From NCBI GenBank assembly GCA_039545335.1, contig BCIN01000009.1:124001-188000 (forward strand): a stretch of 64,000 nt of DNA, written 5' to 3'. Shown piece after piece: positions 24,927 to 37,391 of this stretch (within the stretch, counting starts at the first letter, position 1; every line of letters begins with the position of its first letter). The stretch comes from Kondoa subrosea (taxonomy: Eukaryota). A program made the translations under genes and the position numbers. The notes below the pieces were generated by a model that was not told the DNA's origin, did no database searches, and saw only the letters and a program-made list of their open reading frames with translations.

Positions 24927-25606
24927 TAATGAATACCGCTTATTGTATTACCCAAGGGGTTCATGTAACAAGTCTCTCTGCTTCGCACGAAAGCTAGCGA
25001 TTCTCGAGCTTCGCCTTATGTCACTTGTCACAGTCAGCCAATCTCGAATCAATGTACTTTGTTCACAGCTTGGCACTCAGAAGTAATTTGATCATGAACA
25101 GTTCGAGCTCGCATTTTTTTTGCACGGGTCGACCAAGTCAACGAAGGCCTTCTGTGACTGCGAACTGTTCACGTACAGAGCTTTGCTCTGCGGTCATCTC
25201 CTTCTCTATATATCTATGCATGTTGTTGGCTCTACTAGTATTTTTTTTGCTTGCACCTTGCTTTTGTATATATGAACCTCTTGAATGTCTCCGGTTTCGC
25301 GAACAAATTGCTGCGATTGAAAGTGTGGGTACACAATGGAGCACATCATGTTGCTCACTTCTCCGGCTGTTGAACATCAGGGTACTTGACACGCTTATGT
25401 ATTTCTTCGACGTGATTACTGTCTGTGGACCTTGGAGACTCTCGGTGCACGTGCACAAGCTCTGCGTATCAAGCTACTGCTTCCTGTTGGCTTTCAAGTC
25501 GGCTTTCTCTGTTTTAGCCTTTTCGCCCGCACGGACCCACCAGGCCTTGAAAGCTTCGGTTGCGTTCTGGCTTTCTCTCATACCAGCGCAAGCGCACACA
25601 GTAAAG

Positions 25607-28006
25607 ATGTCACAGCCCGGACATGAAGAATTAGAGAAAGACACTTTCGAGATGGTTTGTCGTCGCGATCTCTGCCTCATGTAGATTCCCCTCATCTTCC
25701 TTGATTGCAGCGAGAAGAGCACTCTGGCAACGATCTTTCCCATTCCTTCACAGCTGGGAGTGAGCAGATGGCTACCGTCGCGCCGGTGAGTGTTTCGCCT
25801 TCTTGTTCCACCTTTCTGAGTAATGTAGGATATCACGCTCCGCGCTATGCTGGTTACTGCAGCCGCTGGCTTCTATTGGATCGGCATGCTGTACAATCTC
25901 ATCAGTTTAGCGACCTACAGCAGGAACATCGCTTCAGCTTTAAACGACTCAACTCGTGCGCCTTGGATTTTGAACGCTTTCAATGTTGTCACAATTGTCT
26001 TTGCGCCCATTCTCTCATATTGGAGTGATCTTTTTGGTAGAAAATGGATCATCGTTGCCAGTCTGCCACTTGGAGTTGTGGGCGGAATCATTGGATGTCG
26101 TGCTACATCTGTAAGCCGCTGATCGGAGCTTTGGTGCAAGACTGACAGCAGCTACAGGTCACTATGGTCATCGTTGCGACATCGTTCCTCGGAATCTCAG
26201 GATCTCTATTGGGCGTCGTTACATCAATTCCTTCCGAAGTTCTCCCACATCGATACAGGGCAAGCGGTCAAGCCGTAGTCTCTGCCCTTTCGATAGCAGG
26301 CGGAGTGGCAGCTTTGCTAGGCCCCGCAAGCGCTATTCGCAAAGATCCCGTCGATGGCTGGCGAACGATCTTCTATTCCTTGATCGGCATTTGGGGCGTT
26401 CTTTGTGTTATTTGGCTAGTAGTCTACAACCCACCTAAAAGGCAAACTTTCCTTACACAAGATCGGCCATCACTTGATTATATTGGATATGTGTTGCTTG
26501 CAATTGCCACTGTCCCCTTTCTATTGGGTCTGGTGAGTGGACTCTTAAATAGCCACTCTCATGCATTGATGGAATTTTCCTCCATGATAGACTTGGGGTC
26601 AGCATTCAATTCTTGATCTATTGTATCGGCTGACCAGTCATCTAGGTGGTAATGCTTATCCTTGGAAGTCTGCCCATGTTTTGGCCCCCTTGATTGTTGG
26701 TCTTGCGCTCTACGTGGTCTTCGGTCTCTATCAGTGGAAAGCAAGGAGCGATGGTCTGTCTCTATGATAGCTCTGTGTTCTAGGCTGATATCAGAACAGG
26801 TCTTTTGCATCATGGGCTGTTCAAGAATCGCAATTACCCACTTTGCATCATTGCAATAGCTGTGGAAGGCTTCGTGTATCAATCCTTCAGTTACCTTTAT
26901 CCGGCAAATGTAGCGACGGTCATTCAACCAGATATTTATCTGGTATGCTCGGTGTACCTTCTTCCAGCAGAGTTCTCACTGCGTACCTCAGGGAAATCAA
27001 AGAGTTCTTCCGTTCTATGGCACCTTCTTAGTTTCCTTGTTGATAGCATCCTTCTATGTGGTCAAGACTCGAGATACAGTCGTAAGCCTTTTGTATCCCT
27101 TCTACGGTCTTTCCTTGACCTGAGAAATACCTGCAGACGCCAATTCTAGTTGGCTATATCTTCCTCACTGGTGCTCTTATCGGTCTCGCCCTCTCTACAC
27201 CTTCCACACCTAATCTACATATCGCAATGAATGCTCTTGCAGGATTGGGCTTCGCTCTCCCCTTGTGTTTCCTTACCGTTGTTGCCCAATTTGCTGCACC
27301 TGCCGCCCTGATAGGTAAAAAATAACTCTTCCCGTTCACGATTACTCTCGCCAATTCTTCATGATAGGAACATCAACAGCTATAGTCTTGACTTGTCGCA
27401 GCTTGGGAGGTGCAGTAAGTTCATGTCCGACCATACTTTGATCCAACTAATGCTCTGCGATTGCTGCAGATTGGAATTGCCGTAACTTCTGCCGTTCAGT
27501 CGAGCAAACTTAATCAATACCTTCCTGCGTATATTGCTGCTGGTAAGCCCGAAGTAGCCGTTCACTAAGTTGTCAGCTTACATTACTTTAGCAACTCTGC
27601 CTCTTGGTCTCAATCCAGCTCTACTAGGACCGGTCATTGGCGCTGCTGCTTCAGTAAGCTGTCTCAAACATATCAAATCATCACTAAACCTTTTCTCTAG
27701 CATGATCCTACTCTTGTAGCACAAGTCAGTCACATTCCTGGCATCACTCCTCAAATTCTTGGAGCCGCCTATGGTGCAGCTGCCGAAGCTTTCTCTAAAA
27801 GCTTCAACATGGCCTTTTGGGTTGTTGTGGCTCTGAGTGCCATGGGCGGACTTTGCATCCTTTCCTTGAAGCGAAATCGCGAGCAACTCGAGTGAGTTTC
27901 CTCATCTGATCTCTGTAAAGTGATTACTAATCGCTTGAGCAGCTACATCGTTGATGCCCCTATTCAGCCTATACACCATAATAAGGCAAGGAAGGAGCAG
28001 GTTTGA
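25607..28006 (+). CDS. MFS transporter (TRI12/Str1-like 14-TM efflux family); many exons
   Basis: WSDLFGRKWIIV MFS motif A, IPSEVLPHRYR, GWRTIFY, YNPPKR, LDYIG and HHGLFKNRNYP, with multiple hydrophobic helices. Confidence 0.88.
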
Positions 28007-28209
28007 GGTGGTGTGTGATGGTTGTTGCTGTAGTATCTTGTACCCTTCTCACTTTTTGGAATTCCATGCGCTGCTGTATTGATGTGTGTATGGCGATCCG
28101 CTTTTGCGCGACTGTTATCTTTCACGCTTGAGTCTGACTTCATGTGCTTACGTTATCAAAGTTGTTTCTTTTCCTGAATGACCGACAGTCTCGCCAGAGA
28201 CCGCCATCT

Positions 28210-30037
28210 ATGGAGAAGCTAGAGAAAGACCTCAAGAGTAAGCTTGCCAAAGCTGATACAGCCAAAGCGCAATGGCTTAAGGTAAACATCATCTGTGAAA
28301 GCATTTCTTGAAAATCACTGACTCGTTGTACAAGGCCTCGCATGATCTGGCTTTGGCTCGTGAAGCATTGGAAGATGCACAACGAAAAGCTGCTCTAGAG
28401 GCGTTGCCTGGGTTCGTCTACTGTACACGAAGTCTCAGCTAAGATCTCATCTCTGTTTGATAGAGTCGACGAGAATTCTGCTGGTACCAGATTCCCTTAT
28501 GAAGGTCAATCAGCCGCAAAGTATTCTTCGCATCGGCTAACCCTTTCTCGTACTACACAGTCTGGTCAAACATTTGCTCCAATTGTCGAGGTCTAGAGTT
28601 GAAGCAAGTAGGTCTCACACCTCACGAGGAGTGATGTACCAATATACATTGCGCTTCAGCTCGCTCAGGTCAACAAGTAAGACAGCATGCTTCATCAGGA
28701 TTTGTACTGAGACTACGGTAGGGTTATCTCGAAAATGGCCGTAGCACTTTTATGGACTGATCTCGACGTGAAACTGATTCGAGGACCTGATAAGTGAGTG
28801 ACTGGAAACCTGGCTGTGCAAATCTGAGCAGTAAGCCTTAGATCTAAACCCAAAACAGGTCTTGCGAAGGTATACTACTGTTCCGTTCGCGATGACGTAG
28901 CGCTGAATCGAGGGTCAGACTCTGGCTTCGGTCGCAGAGGCGTTGAATAGTTCGACAGCGCAGCACGTCAAGAGCTTGAAAGCACCGCTTGCGATGCCCA
29001 AGGTCTGTCTACAAGACCAATCAATCATCTAAAAGCATGATTTTGATCGGTTGAACAGGCCCCTGAGCGCAAGAACGTTCCGCTGATCATCGGAGCATTG
29101 GGAACCAATCCAAAACGTCTTACATCCATCTTCTACACTTGCGATGTAAGACCAGTTACCGATGATCATCAACTTGCGCTGTCACTGGTATTGAACGCCT
29201 CAGGTATGTCAAGAATCTCTCAAGCAGTAATAACGCTTGTTCATGTTATGCTGCCTGAAGTAACCCTTACTAGCTTCTCATTTTCTGCGAAATCATTCAA
29301 CACCAGCGCATGGCAGTTGGCTGCAATCATTATTGAGAGTTTACCCAATCTAACTGCTCTTGAAGTTTCCGAAGACAACTTTTTCAGCGCGCCGTCCTTT
29401 CAAATCAGTAAACCATCTGTCTGCCGAGCGATCTCCAGTCTGACCAAGCTCAAGAATTTAACATTGATTATGCTTCCTGTTTCGGATTTGAGTCTTGTCA
29501 AAGTCTCGAGCCCGGTCTCGAATTTACAGCTTGCGTTTTTGCAATCTGTGGACAATGTCATCGATGTGGTACATGATTTCGCACCGCAATTTGCTAATGA
29601 ATTGACCAGTCTGCACCTGGGTCAGTCTGCCACACAGTATCGTGGTTTGTCCTCTAACATCTATGATAGCGTACAATCTGTCGGTCGGAGGCATGAGGAG
29701 AACCATGCCTGATTCTACTTTTGTTGTCAGCAATGTACCGACTATTGATGTATACCCGCAATTGGAAGAACTGTTCATTACCATGGACAAACCAAAACAG
29801 CCAGAGCCAGAACACGTCAAGCTCTTACCAGCTCTACTTGCATACCTCAAGTTACCTCTTCAACATGTCAAGCGCTTGCATTGTCGCTGTGAACAGATTA
29901 CGCCTTTGATAGAGGCAATCAGAGCGGATCATTTGCCAATGTTGGAAGAGTTGTTTGTTGGCAAGAACAACATCAATTTCTCTTTGACCACATATGGCAA
30001 ATTAAAGGATTTCAAGATTACGGAAGAATGGCCGTAA
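28210..30037 (+). CDS. F-box/LRR-like hypothetical protein; many small exons
   Basis: Spliced N-terminal coiled coil, then RFPYE|VWSNICSNCRGLELKQ|LAQVNK|VISKMAVALLWTDL (F-box-like), then LxxLxxLxL repeats (LPNLTALEV, LTKLKNLTL, LPMLEELFV). Confidence 0.6.
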
Positions 30038-30223
30038 GCCTTTTTGCTTCTTCAGAATCCAGATCATCTGAGTTTGTGAAAACATTGCTAGCTATCATCG
30101 ATTAACGTCAAACTACAGCTAGAACACGAGCGAGAAACGTCGCAAGAAAAATTCATGGCATGAATATCATTTTTTCCATATATTACTTAGCTCTTTGTAC
30201 GCGCATACGATACCAAATACACA

Positions 30224-33200
30224 TCAGGCTTCTAATCGAACCCATTCTGTATCCTCTGAATCGTGCACCGGCGCTTGATCTTCCAGCTTGACCGTAGCCA
30301 AATCACTGATCATACTGTCTAGACCATTGTCGAAAGTAGCTGCTTCGGATGATGAGATATCCCATGAGTTGGGCAGAGGACCCTTCCAATTGCGATTACG
30401 GTGTATATAAGCAAGGAAATTGCGCCATACTGCGTCTCTGCCTAGGATGTCGGGACTAAGAAGGCAATCAGAAAGAAACAACAGGCCCGTGGCAGGAAAT
30501 ACTCACTTGCCAACAATGATAAGAGCAGCTTGAGCTCGCGTAACAGCGACGTTAAATCTGTTAGGTTGGCTCAAGAAGCCCAACGAATGCTTGAGATCGG
30601 TATCGATTTGAGCACTTGAACTGCGGACAGTCGATATAATAATGGCTCTTCTCTCTTGTCCTTGGAAGACCTCAACACTCCCAACCTTTATCACCTCTTT
30701 CTTCATGCCTAAAGTTTTGCTCTTCAGAAGTAATTGACGGATTTTGCCGACTTGAGCACTGCAGTCGAGAAGCAGTAGACATGAGCGAACAGAGCTTTGG
30801 CCAATAAAAAGGTTCTTTACTTGTTTGTAAGGGCTAATTATGCTGTGGCAGTCGAGAAGCATAGACATGAGTGAACGGAGTTGCTGCTGAAGACGGTCTC
30901 GACATACCCTAGATCTTCAGCTTTGAGTTTCATCTCTCCGCATAGCTGTTCAACGTAGGCTTTGACTTGAGAAGCTTCCGCAGCATTAAAGAAGGATGGC
31001 GAACGAGCTTCGCGCTCGTCCGAGCCAATGACAGAATGGAATAGGATAGGGAATTGAGGGTTCTTCGAGAAGCCTTCCCATCTGAGAAGACTATGAGTCA
31101 TTGCCAAATCAGCGCAGGGTAGTAGTTCGCCATTGTAGAAGCGCTTGGAAGGAAAGTCGAGGATTTTCTCATGGTTCCGATAGTTCTGAGTCAATTTGAA
31201 ATAAGTTCTGTTGCGATATTGCGGTCCATATGCTGGATTCTCCATCAATCGAGACAGATAACTCTTGTCCAGACCGAAGGCTTTAGCTATAGGTGAACGA
31301 ACGATCGGTCCAAGCTAAGCAGAGCATAAGAATACAGACATAAGGAGAAAGCACAAATAGACATACCTGCTTGCGATCTCCGCAGAGCACTTCATGCGTT
31401 TGCTCTGTGCCATATTGCAGCGGAATCATGACTTCTGATTCTAGTGCTTGACCAGCCTCGTCGACAACGATGTGTGTAAAGTGCCCAGCTTTTATACCGA
31501 TGCCTCCAAGAACTGCAGCAGAAATACAGGTTATAACTATAACTCGGAAAGTCTTGATTTTCTCCAAAGAATGGATAGCGAAAGAGCCATATTCACCTAT
31601 CAAGGTGTTCTCGAGCACGCGAGGAGAAATGTCTTTGGACCTCGAGCGAGAAGGAGCCATTAAGCGGAAGAGATCGGTCTTATTCAAGTCCAGTCGTTGA
31701 GTGATTAAATCACATGCAGCATTGGACGGGCATGAGACGAGAATTTTCGCTTGAGGTTGAGTCATCAAGATTTGACGAATTGCTTCTACGGCCACCTGAG
31801 TGCTGAAATCAGCACGCCTTCAGGAGAGGAAAGCTATCGGCTGACCATTGTTTTGCCTGTTCCTGGTGGCCCATAAACAATGATAGGAAGCAAAGACTTC
31901 TTGTAAACGATCCCAGCTACAGCTCTTCTTTGCGGTTCATTTGTTTCGATATTGCGGTTCCGGAAATTCAAGCGAGTTTGGGAGTCCGATAATTGCTCGC
32001 TACGAAGAGCTTCCGTTTCAGAAGGTGTGACAACGGAAAGCTTGAGATCTTTCGAAAGAGCTTGGTGCATTCGTCGCAATGGCAAACGCGAAACGGTGAA
32101 TTGAACGTCAATGATTGCACCTCTGTACGATATAATCAGAAGATAGCCCGCGAGATGTAGACAGAAGGAGCTTACTTCAGAGGGTTGAAGCCACCATTGA
32201 ACTTCAAAATGACATCCGTTTGTCGAACCGAATGTACATAGCCTTTCCACCATATCTTCTCATCCCTTTGCTTGGCCAGTATCGCCTCTCCGACAATAAC
32301 AGAAGGTCTATTCTCCGCTAATCCGAGCACTTCCAGTCTACAAGCAGGTATTTTAGCTCAAATAAAGAGTAAGCAGAAAAGCATAAGAGCGCACGACCAT
32401 AATCCCAACCCGGCCCTTTCGATCTTCGCATTTTCAATATCATACATCCTCACATCTCTCGCTTGCTGCTCCTCTTCTATCCATAACATTCGATCCATAT
32501 TATCTCGATAGGATATCCGATCGAAACCACTAGTGAAGTACTTTCTCAACCCTTTGATTTTATCCTTGATGGGTTCTTCCGCTAATCGATTTAGGTCCGC
32601 TAGCAATTTTGGTGGGACATTGAACACAATCCAATTGCAGGTGGTTTTTCTCCTTCAACGATATCTTTCTCCGAGGCATAGGTTTCTGGAGCTGGAGCCA
32701 ATCTAGGTACGTAAGGCGCTGTTGGTCTTAGCGATTCAATTTCTTCTTTGTTGCCAACTTCAGCTTTGACTACTCGCGAAATGGTGAATGGTTGAATTGA
32801 GGGGAGTCTGAATTGCAGCTTAACCCGAGTTTCGTAGACTCCTACTGCTGTGCGATCTTGCAATTGGAAGGATACTATCACTCGAGAAGTGCCACGAGGT
32901 AAATTATTTGAAGAAGGCATGAAGGAGAAAGGCGCGGTGCAGGTTTTCTGTTTTGATCTCATATCGAAGACAGTGACTTCCACTGATGTCGAATTTCTGT
33001 TTTGGGTTGAAATTGCCATTGAGTAAATTCCATCGTCATCTCCTTTTTTGTCGAGCGAATAGTCAATGATATAGAAATCCACTTGTGATGGCGTAACAGT
33101 GATTCCATTCTTGTTTTCTTCGCTTGCAGCAATTTCTTTCTGGTATTGAGAGAATCGTATTCTGCGTTGATGATTTGCCGATCGTTCATGAGCAATGCGT

Positions 33201-33511
33201 CTTGCTTGGGTAGGAAGAAGTATTTTGCATATTTCGCAACCGTTCTCATCAGTCACATTTGGCCTTAGAGCTGCAGGCTTGATATCTTTGTTGACTTCAG
33301 ATTGCTCTGCAAGCTTTTCCGCATGCCGTCGACCGCTTAGATGCGATTGCAAGCTGTGCCCGCTTCGACAGTCTAGATCGCAAAGAGCACAGTATGTCGG
33401 CGTGGTAGCATGCCGATGCCTTTTGCCTGCTAGATGCTGCTGGTACACATGCTGGCTCGTACAAAGCACACCGCAAACATCGCAAGAAAAAGTATGGCCA
33501 AGGGGAGGCAT
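30224..33511 (-). CDS. MOV10/SDE3/Armitage-like SF1 RNA helicase with three N-terminal C2H2 (matrin/dsRNA-binding-type) zinc fingers
   Basis: [44 protein letters not shown] and [10 protein letters not shown]; fingers CDVC..HLAGKRH, CALC..HLSGRRH and CEIC..HERSANH; LWIEE and [11 protein letters not shown] upstream motifs. Confidence 0.88.
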
Positions 33512-34042
33512 CGTCAGAGATTAACACAGCTCTCAAGAGCAGTTCACAGCAGCTGGCCGTTCTGACGCAAATGAAAAAGCGAAAGCTCAAAAGGAAGATG
33601 GAACACAGCGTTTCACACTACGAGCTCTCCTTTTCCGTGACCAAAGATACAGCAGCACAGCGAGTACTATATAAATCTGTCTTTCGAGACCGAGTACAGA
33701 TGGCTAGCAAGAGTGATTGACTTCGCCTCGATATAGCCTTTTGCCGCAAATGGTATCTGTGAAGCTGTATCGAGCAGCCTTCTATGACCTCCTGAATGGA
33801 TATGGGCAGCTTCTGTGCAGTTCAGAGCTCGGCAGTCTCGCTTCAGCCGAATCGCGCTTGGCGGCTTGAGATCAAGAAGATCAAGAGATTATTTCTTGCC
33901 TCTGTACCAACCTCATCGCCTCTTCTGTGTTTTCGTCGGTGCTCGTCTGTCTGTATACACCACCGCCAACCGGCGCTTCTTGTCTGTGTTGAAGCTAATC
34001 CCTACGTTGTCTTCTCCCTTTCGTCAAAACCTCAAGACAAAC

Positions 34043-35463
34043 ATGCTACCAGTGGCCCTTCTTTCCCTGCTTTCTGTAGCTTTGGCTGTTCCACTAAATC
34101 GACGCTCACTTGAGAAACCAGACTGTCCAGCCCATCCGCTCATCCCTGTTCAAGACTCGGATCTGATCTACACTGTGTCAATTGGTTTCAGGCCCAATTC
34201 TTTCCTGGCTTCCTCGATAATCTCTGGTGTAGCTCAAGATATCGCACCACTGTTAGATCCAACTTCGGCTTGCTCAGTACTAATACCAGTACAATTTGTT
34301 TGTTGCTGTTACTTGCGAGTTATGATGTGCCAAAATTCTGACATTCCGAGCGATAGAACAATTTCTACCTTGAAGGTTCAACAGCTAGAGAAGATGGTTA
34401 TATTACAGACGATCAATTCTCAGAAGCTCTAGCTCGACTTAACACAAACTATGCAGTCTTTTCTACTATTCGCTTTGAATTATTGCGGATCAATCGAATA
34501 CCATTATCAGCTGATGATTGGGCAGCTCAAGAAGTCACTAGCGCTAATGCGGATATGCATCAAGAGATTGGAACAATGATCAAAGGATCAAATGTTGATC
34601 AGAGCGAAACCAAGATTATGCATGTGAATATTGTCAGGGATGCAGATGCTTGTGGGTTCACTTATTTACCAGTGGTCAGTCTAGTTATTTGTTCTTGCGG
34701 AATATATCACCTTGACGCATTTTGATGACTCTAGGCAACTTGGACTCAGGCTGCTTTAATACGGTCAGTAAGCCTGCAGATAAGTTGAATTCAAACTTAT
34801 ACCGCTTGCGCACTTGACAGGGATGCCGTGACTTTGGATACAAAATGCTTTGACGGCAGTGCCCAATTCCGCAGCAGTAAGTCTAAATACAGCTGTTAAG
34901 CCTACAATGATTCTGACACAATATTTCCAGCAACATTCACTCACGAAGCGTAGGCACCAGCATAACTATATTGGCTTTTTCTCTGATTCTCATCTTGCAG
35001 TGGACATTGGCTTGGCTTGTTCCACACTTTCGAAGGCGGTTGCATCGGTAATGGCGATTACGTAGCAGATACCCGTGAGTCGTCACTTACACTGTCGAGT
35101 CATTGAGCTTACCATGAACGAAACACTAGCACCCGCTGTTGCGCCAAGTGATGATCCTCAAAATCTTTACGACAATTGCAACTTGCCAGCACCGACATCG
35201 TCTTGCGGAAGTACTAACGCGACGTGAGTCAATGAACCGTCGAGACGTAGTATCGTCTCCAACAGTTTCTGACTTCACAGGGAGATTCAAATGTCGCTGA
35301 CGAATTATATGTCCTACTCGATCAATGAATGTCGAACGGAATTCACTCAAGGTCAAGTAGAACGAATGGATGCTGTTCTCAGGTATGTTTAAGCTTGTTC
35401 ACAAGTAGCAAGGCAGCAACTGATTTTCTGTGTAGTGCGGCAAGAGGCTATACGATATGCTAA
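34043..35463 (+). CDS. Secreted M43 (pappalysin-type/MEP1-like) zinc metalloprotease
   Basis: Signal peptide [39 protein letters not shown] zinc motif, and Met-turn [17 protein letters not shown]. Confidence 0.9.
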
Positions 35464-35591
35464 TAGCAAATCTAATGCTCTCGACTGTGGACAATCTGGC
35501 ATTTTGCATCCCATTGATATCAAAAGTGTATATTGTAACTCGTTTTTGGCATGATTCTCGTAGCATATTTCCATCAATCTGCATGCTTTAC

Positions 35592-36377
35592 TCACTGCTT
35601 TATATGCCCGTCACTATGACCGAGTGATCTTTCAGGTAGCAGCACATCTCGGACTCTTTGTTTGAGTACTTTCAATTCGCCAAATCCCTGTTCGTCATTT
35701 CTTAACTAAGCAACTACACCGTGCAGCGATAATAGTGCCAGACAAACCTCTTCGATCTTCCTGTCATATAACAGTTTCCCTTGAACAGCAGGATTCCCTT
35801 CGATCCAAATCCAAACTCTCCATCGCCCAGCTGTTTCTGGTGCATTCCGAGGCATAAGCGTTATTGAAGATAAACCTTTTTGTTCGGGCGTATGAGGGAA
35901 AGTAAGGAACTGAAAAGCAGGAATCAGACACGGCCGAATCTAGAGAGAGAGTAAATAAAGAAGCGAACAAGTTCGGTTTGAGTCCATCTGATGTAATCTC
36001 TTCAGTACAAAGATCGAGAAAGAAGGAAAGGCAAAAAGTGCACACGTTGCCCTATGCAGCCCTACGGTGAATGGCGGATGAATGAGAAAGAAGTAAGGGA
36101 AGAGTAGAGGAAAGGCGAACAGCGACATCGATCACAGAACTCTATAACAATACGAGCTCCTTCGTTCTCAGGGTGCGGAATTGAGAAAGTCTCGGGCTTC
36201 GTTACATCTTCGGGCTGAAGCTGTCCCGCTGTGGTAGAAGCAGATTCTTGGTCATCCTGCTTGCTCAAGGAGTGCGAAGGCTGAGACGCTGTGTTGTCTG
36301 CAGTGAGTCTCAGTCATACATAGATGTACAAACGAATGACCTGGATGCGTTGCAGACAGAGGGGACTGTGTGGACAT
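35592..36377 (-). CDS. Rdx-family (SelW/SelT-like) CxxC redox protein
   Basis: Spliced IVIEFCDRCR|WLHRAT|WTQTEL|FLTFP...YDRKIEE|GFGELKVLKQRVRDVLLPERSLGHSD. Confidence 0.85.
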
Positions 36378-36473
36378 GCCTGCAGTCTGATAAGAATTGA
36401 TAAGGATTCTTTCGAATCTACTCCAAGATCATCCAGTCGCTACACCTCTGCTGCTGTCAAAGTGTTGCTCTGG

Positions 36474-36511
36474 TCTACCTCTTCCATCTGTCTCCACCTC
36501 TTCCATCTGTC
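36474..36511. repeat. 19-bp tandem duplication (1 mismatch) in a divergent intergenic region
   Basis: tctacctcttccatctgtc followed by tccacctcttccatctgtc. Confidence 0.85.
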
Positions 36512-36578
36512 AGACGGTCTGCGATTGTGAATCAAGTCTGGGAAGTCGAATCAAGGTCGAATTGTGAAGGATTATATA

Positions 36579-36978
36579 ATGGCGGAAGACCCTCCTGTAG
36601 ATCTATACCTAGAATTGAATTCAGCCTGCGCTGAGTGCGGCTTCGGAATCTCGTCATGGGAAATGCACGAATCTACATCGAAGGACTTCGCAAGCGTTGA
36701 TATAGAGCTCATGCGCGAGTCCGAAGCTGAAGACGCAAAGGTCACCCGCGTCAATCTGTCTATTAAAGGCTATCAGGTCAGCAATTCGAGTCGAACTGGA
36801 AGCGATCAAGTTGATTTGTTGCGCACAGATCGAAGGAGATTCAGAATTCTTCGACTCGCTTGACAACTTATTGAAAGCGTCAAGTGCTAAATTCAAGTCT
36901 CGCTACGATACGCTACTCTTTCGAAAGCTCGAGGATGTCGCTCGAGACAGAAGTTGGGGCGAAGAGCAGACGCTATGA
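36579..36978 (+). CDS. Small GSKIP-domain-like protein; 2 exons
   Basis: MAEDPPVDLYLELNSACAECGFGI...VNLSIKGYQ|IEGDSEFFDSLDNLLKASSAKFKSRYDTLLFRKL; resembles GSKIP/DUF727 from memory. Confidence 0.55.
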
Positions 36979-37391
36979 TGCTCATGGTCCGTCGCTTCTA
37001 TTTGATTCGAGCGAAAGCCAACATTCCTCAGCTACAGATTACACCTTCGATATGATACTTCGCAATAATACTTTGTTTGAGCGACTCAAGCTGTCAGCCC
37101 ATCACGTAGCCGTCTGAACTACCCTCAGTCATCGTAATTTCGACACGCACGAACAGCTCATGTGCTCTTGCTCATGTCTCATAGATTCCGAAACATTCAG
37201 GGATGAAGGGAATGCAATGACAACAATGTAATATAGACAACAACCCCATAAACGAACGACGAGACACACTTATGCTTATACACCTCCTACATCTTCCTGT
37301 ACATAAGTCTTGACCAGCAAGCACTTAATCTAATAATCTATGATCTTCCTTTCTTTATACCATTGTAACGACTAGAAGCAAAACGTCAGCT

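Noticed and set aside
25025..25684. 219-aa ORF upstream of the MFS gene
   Set aside because: No recognisable motifs; only its last codons coincide with the true first MFS exon at 25607
35592..36377. Possible selenoprotein (SelW-like)
   Set aside because: The motif is CDRC with ordinary Cys codons; no in-frame TGA
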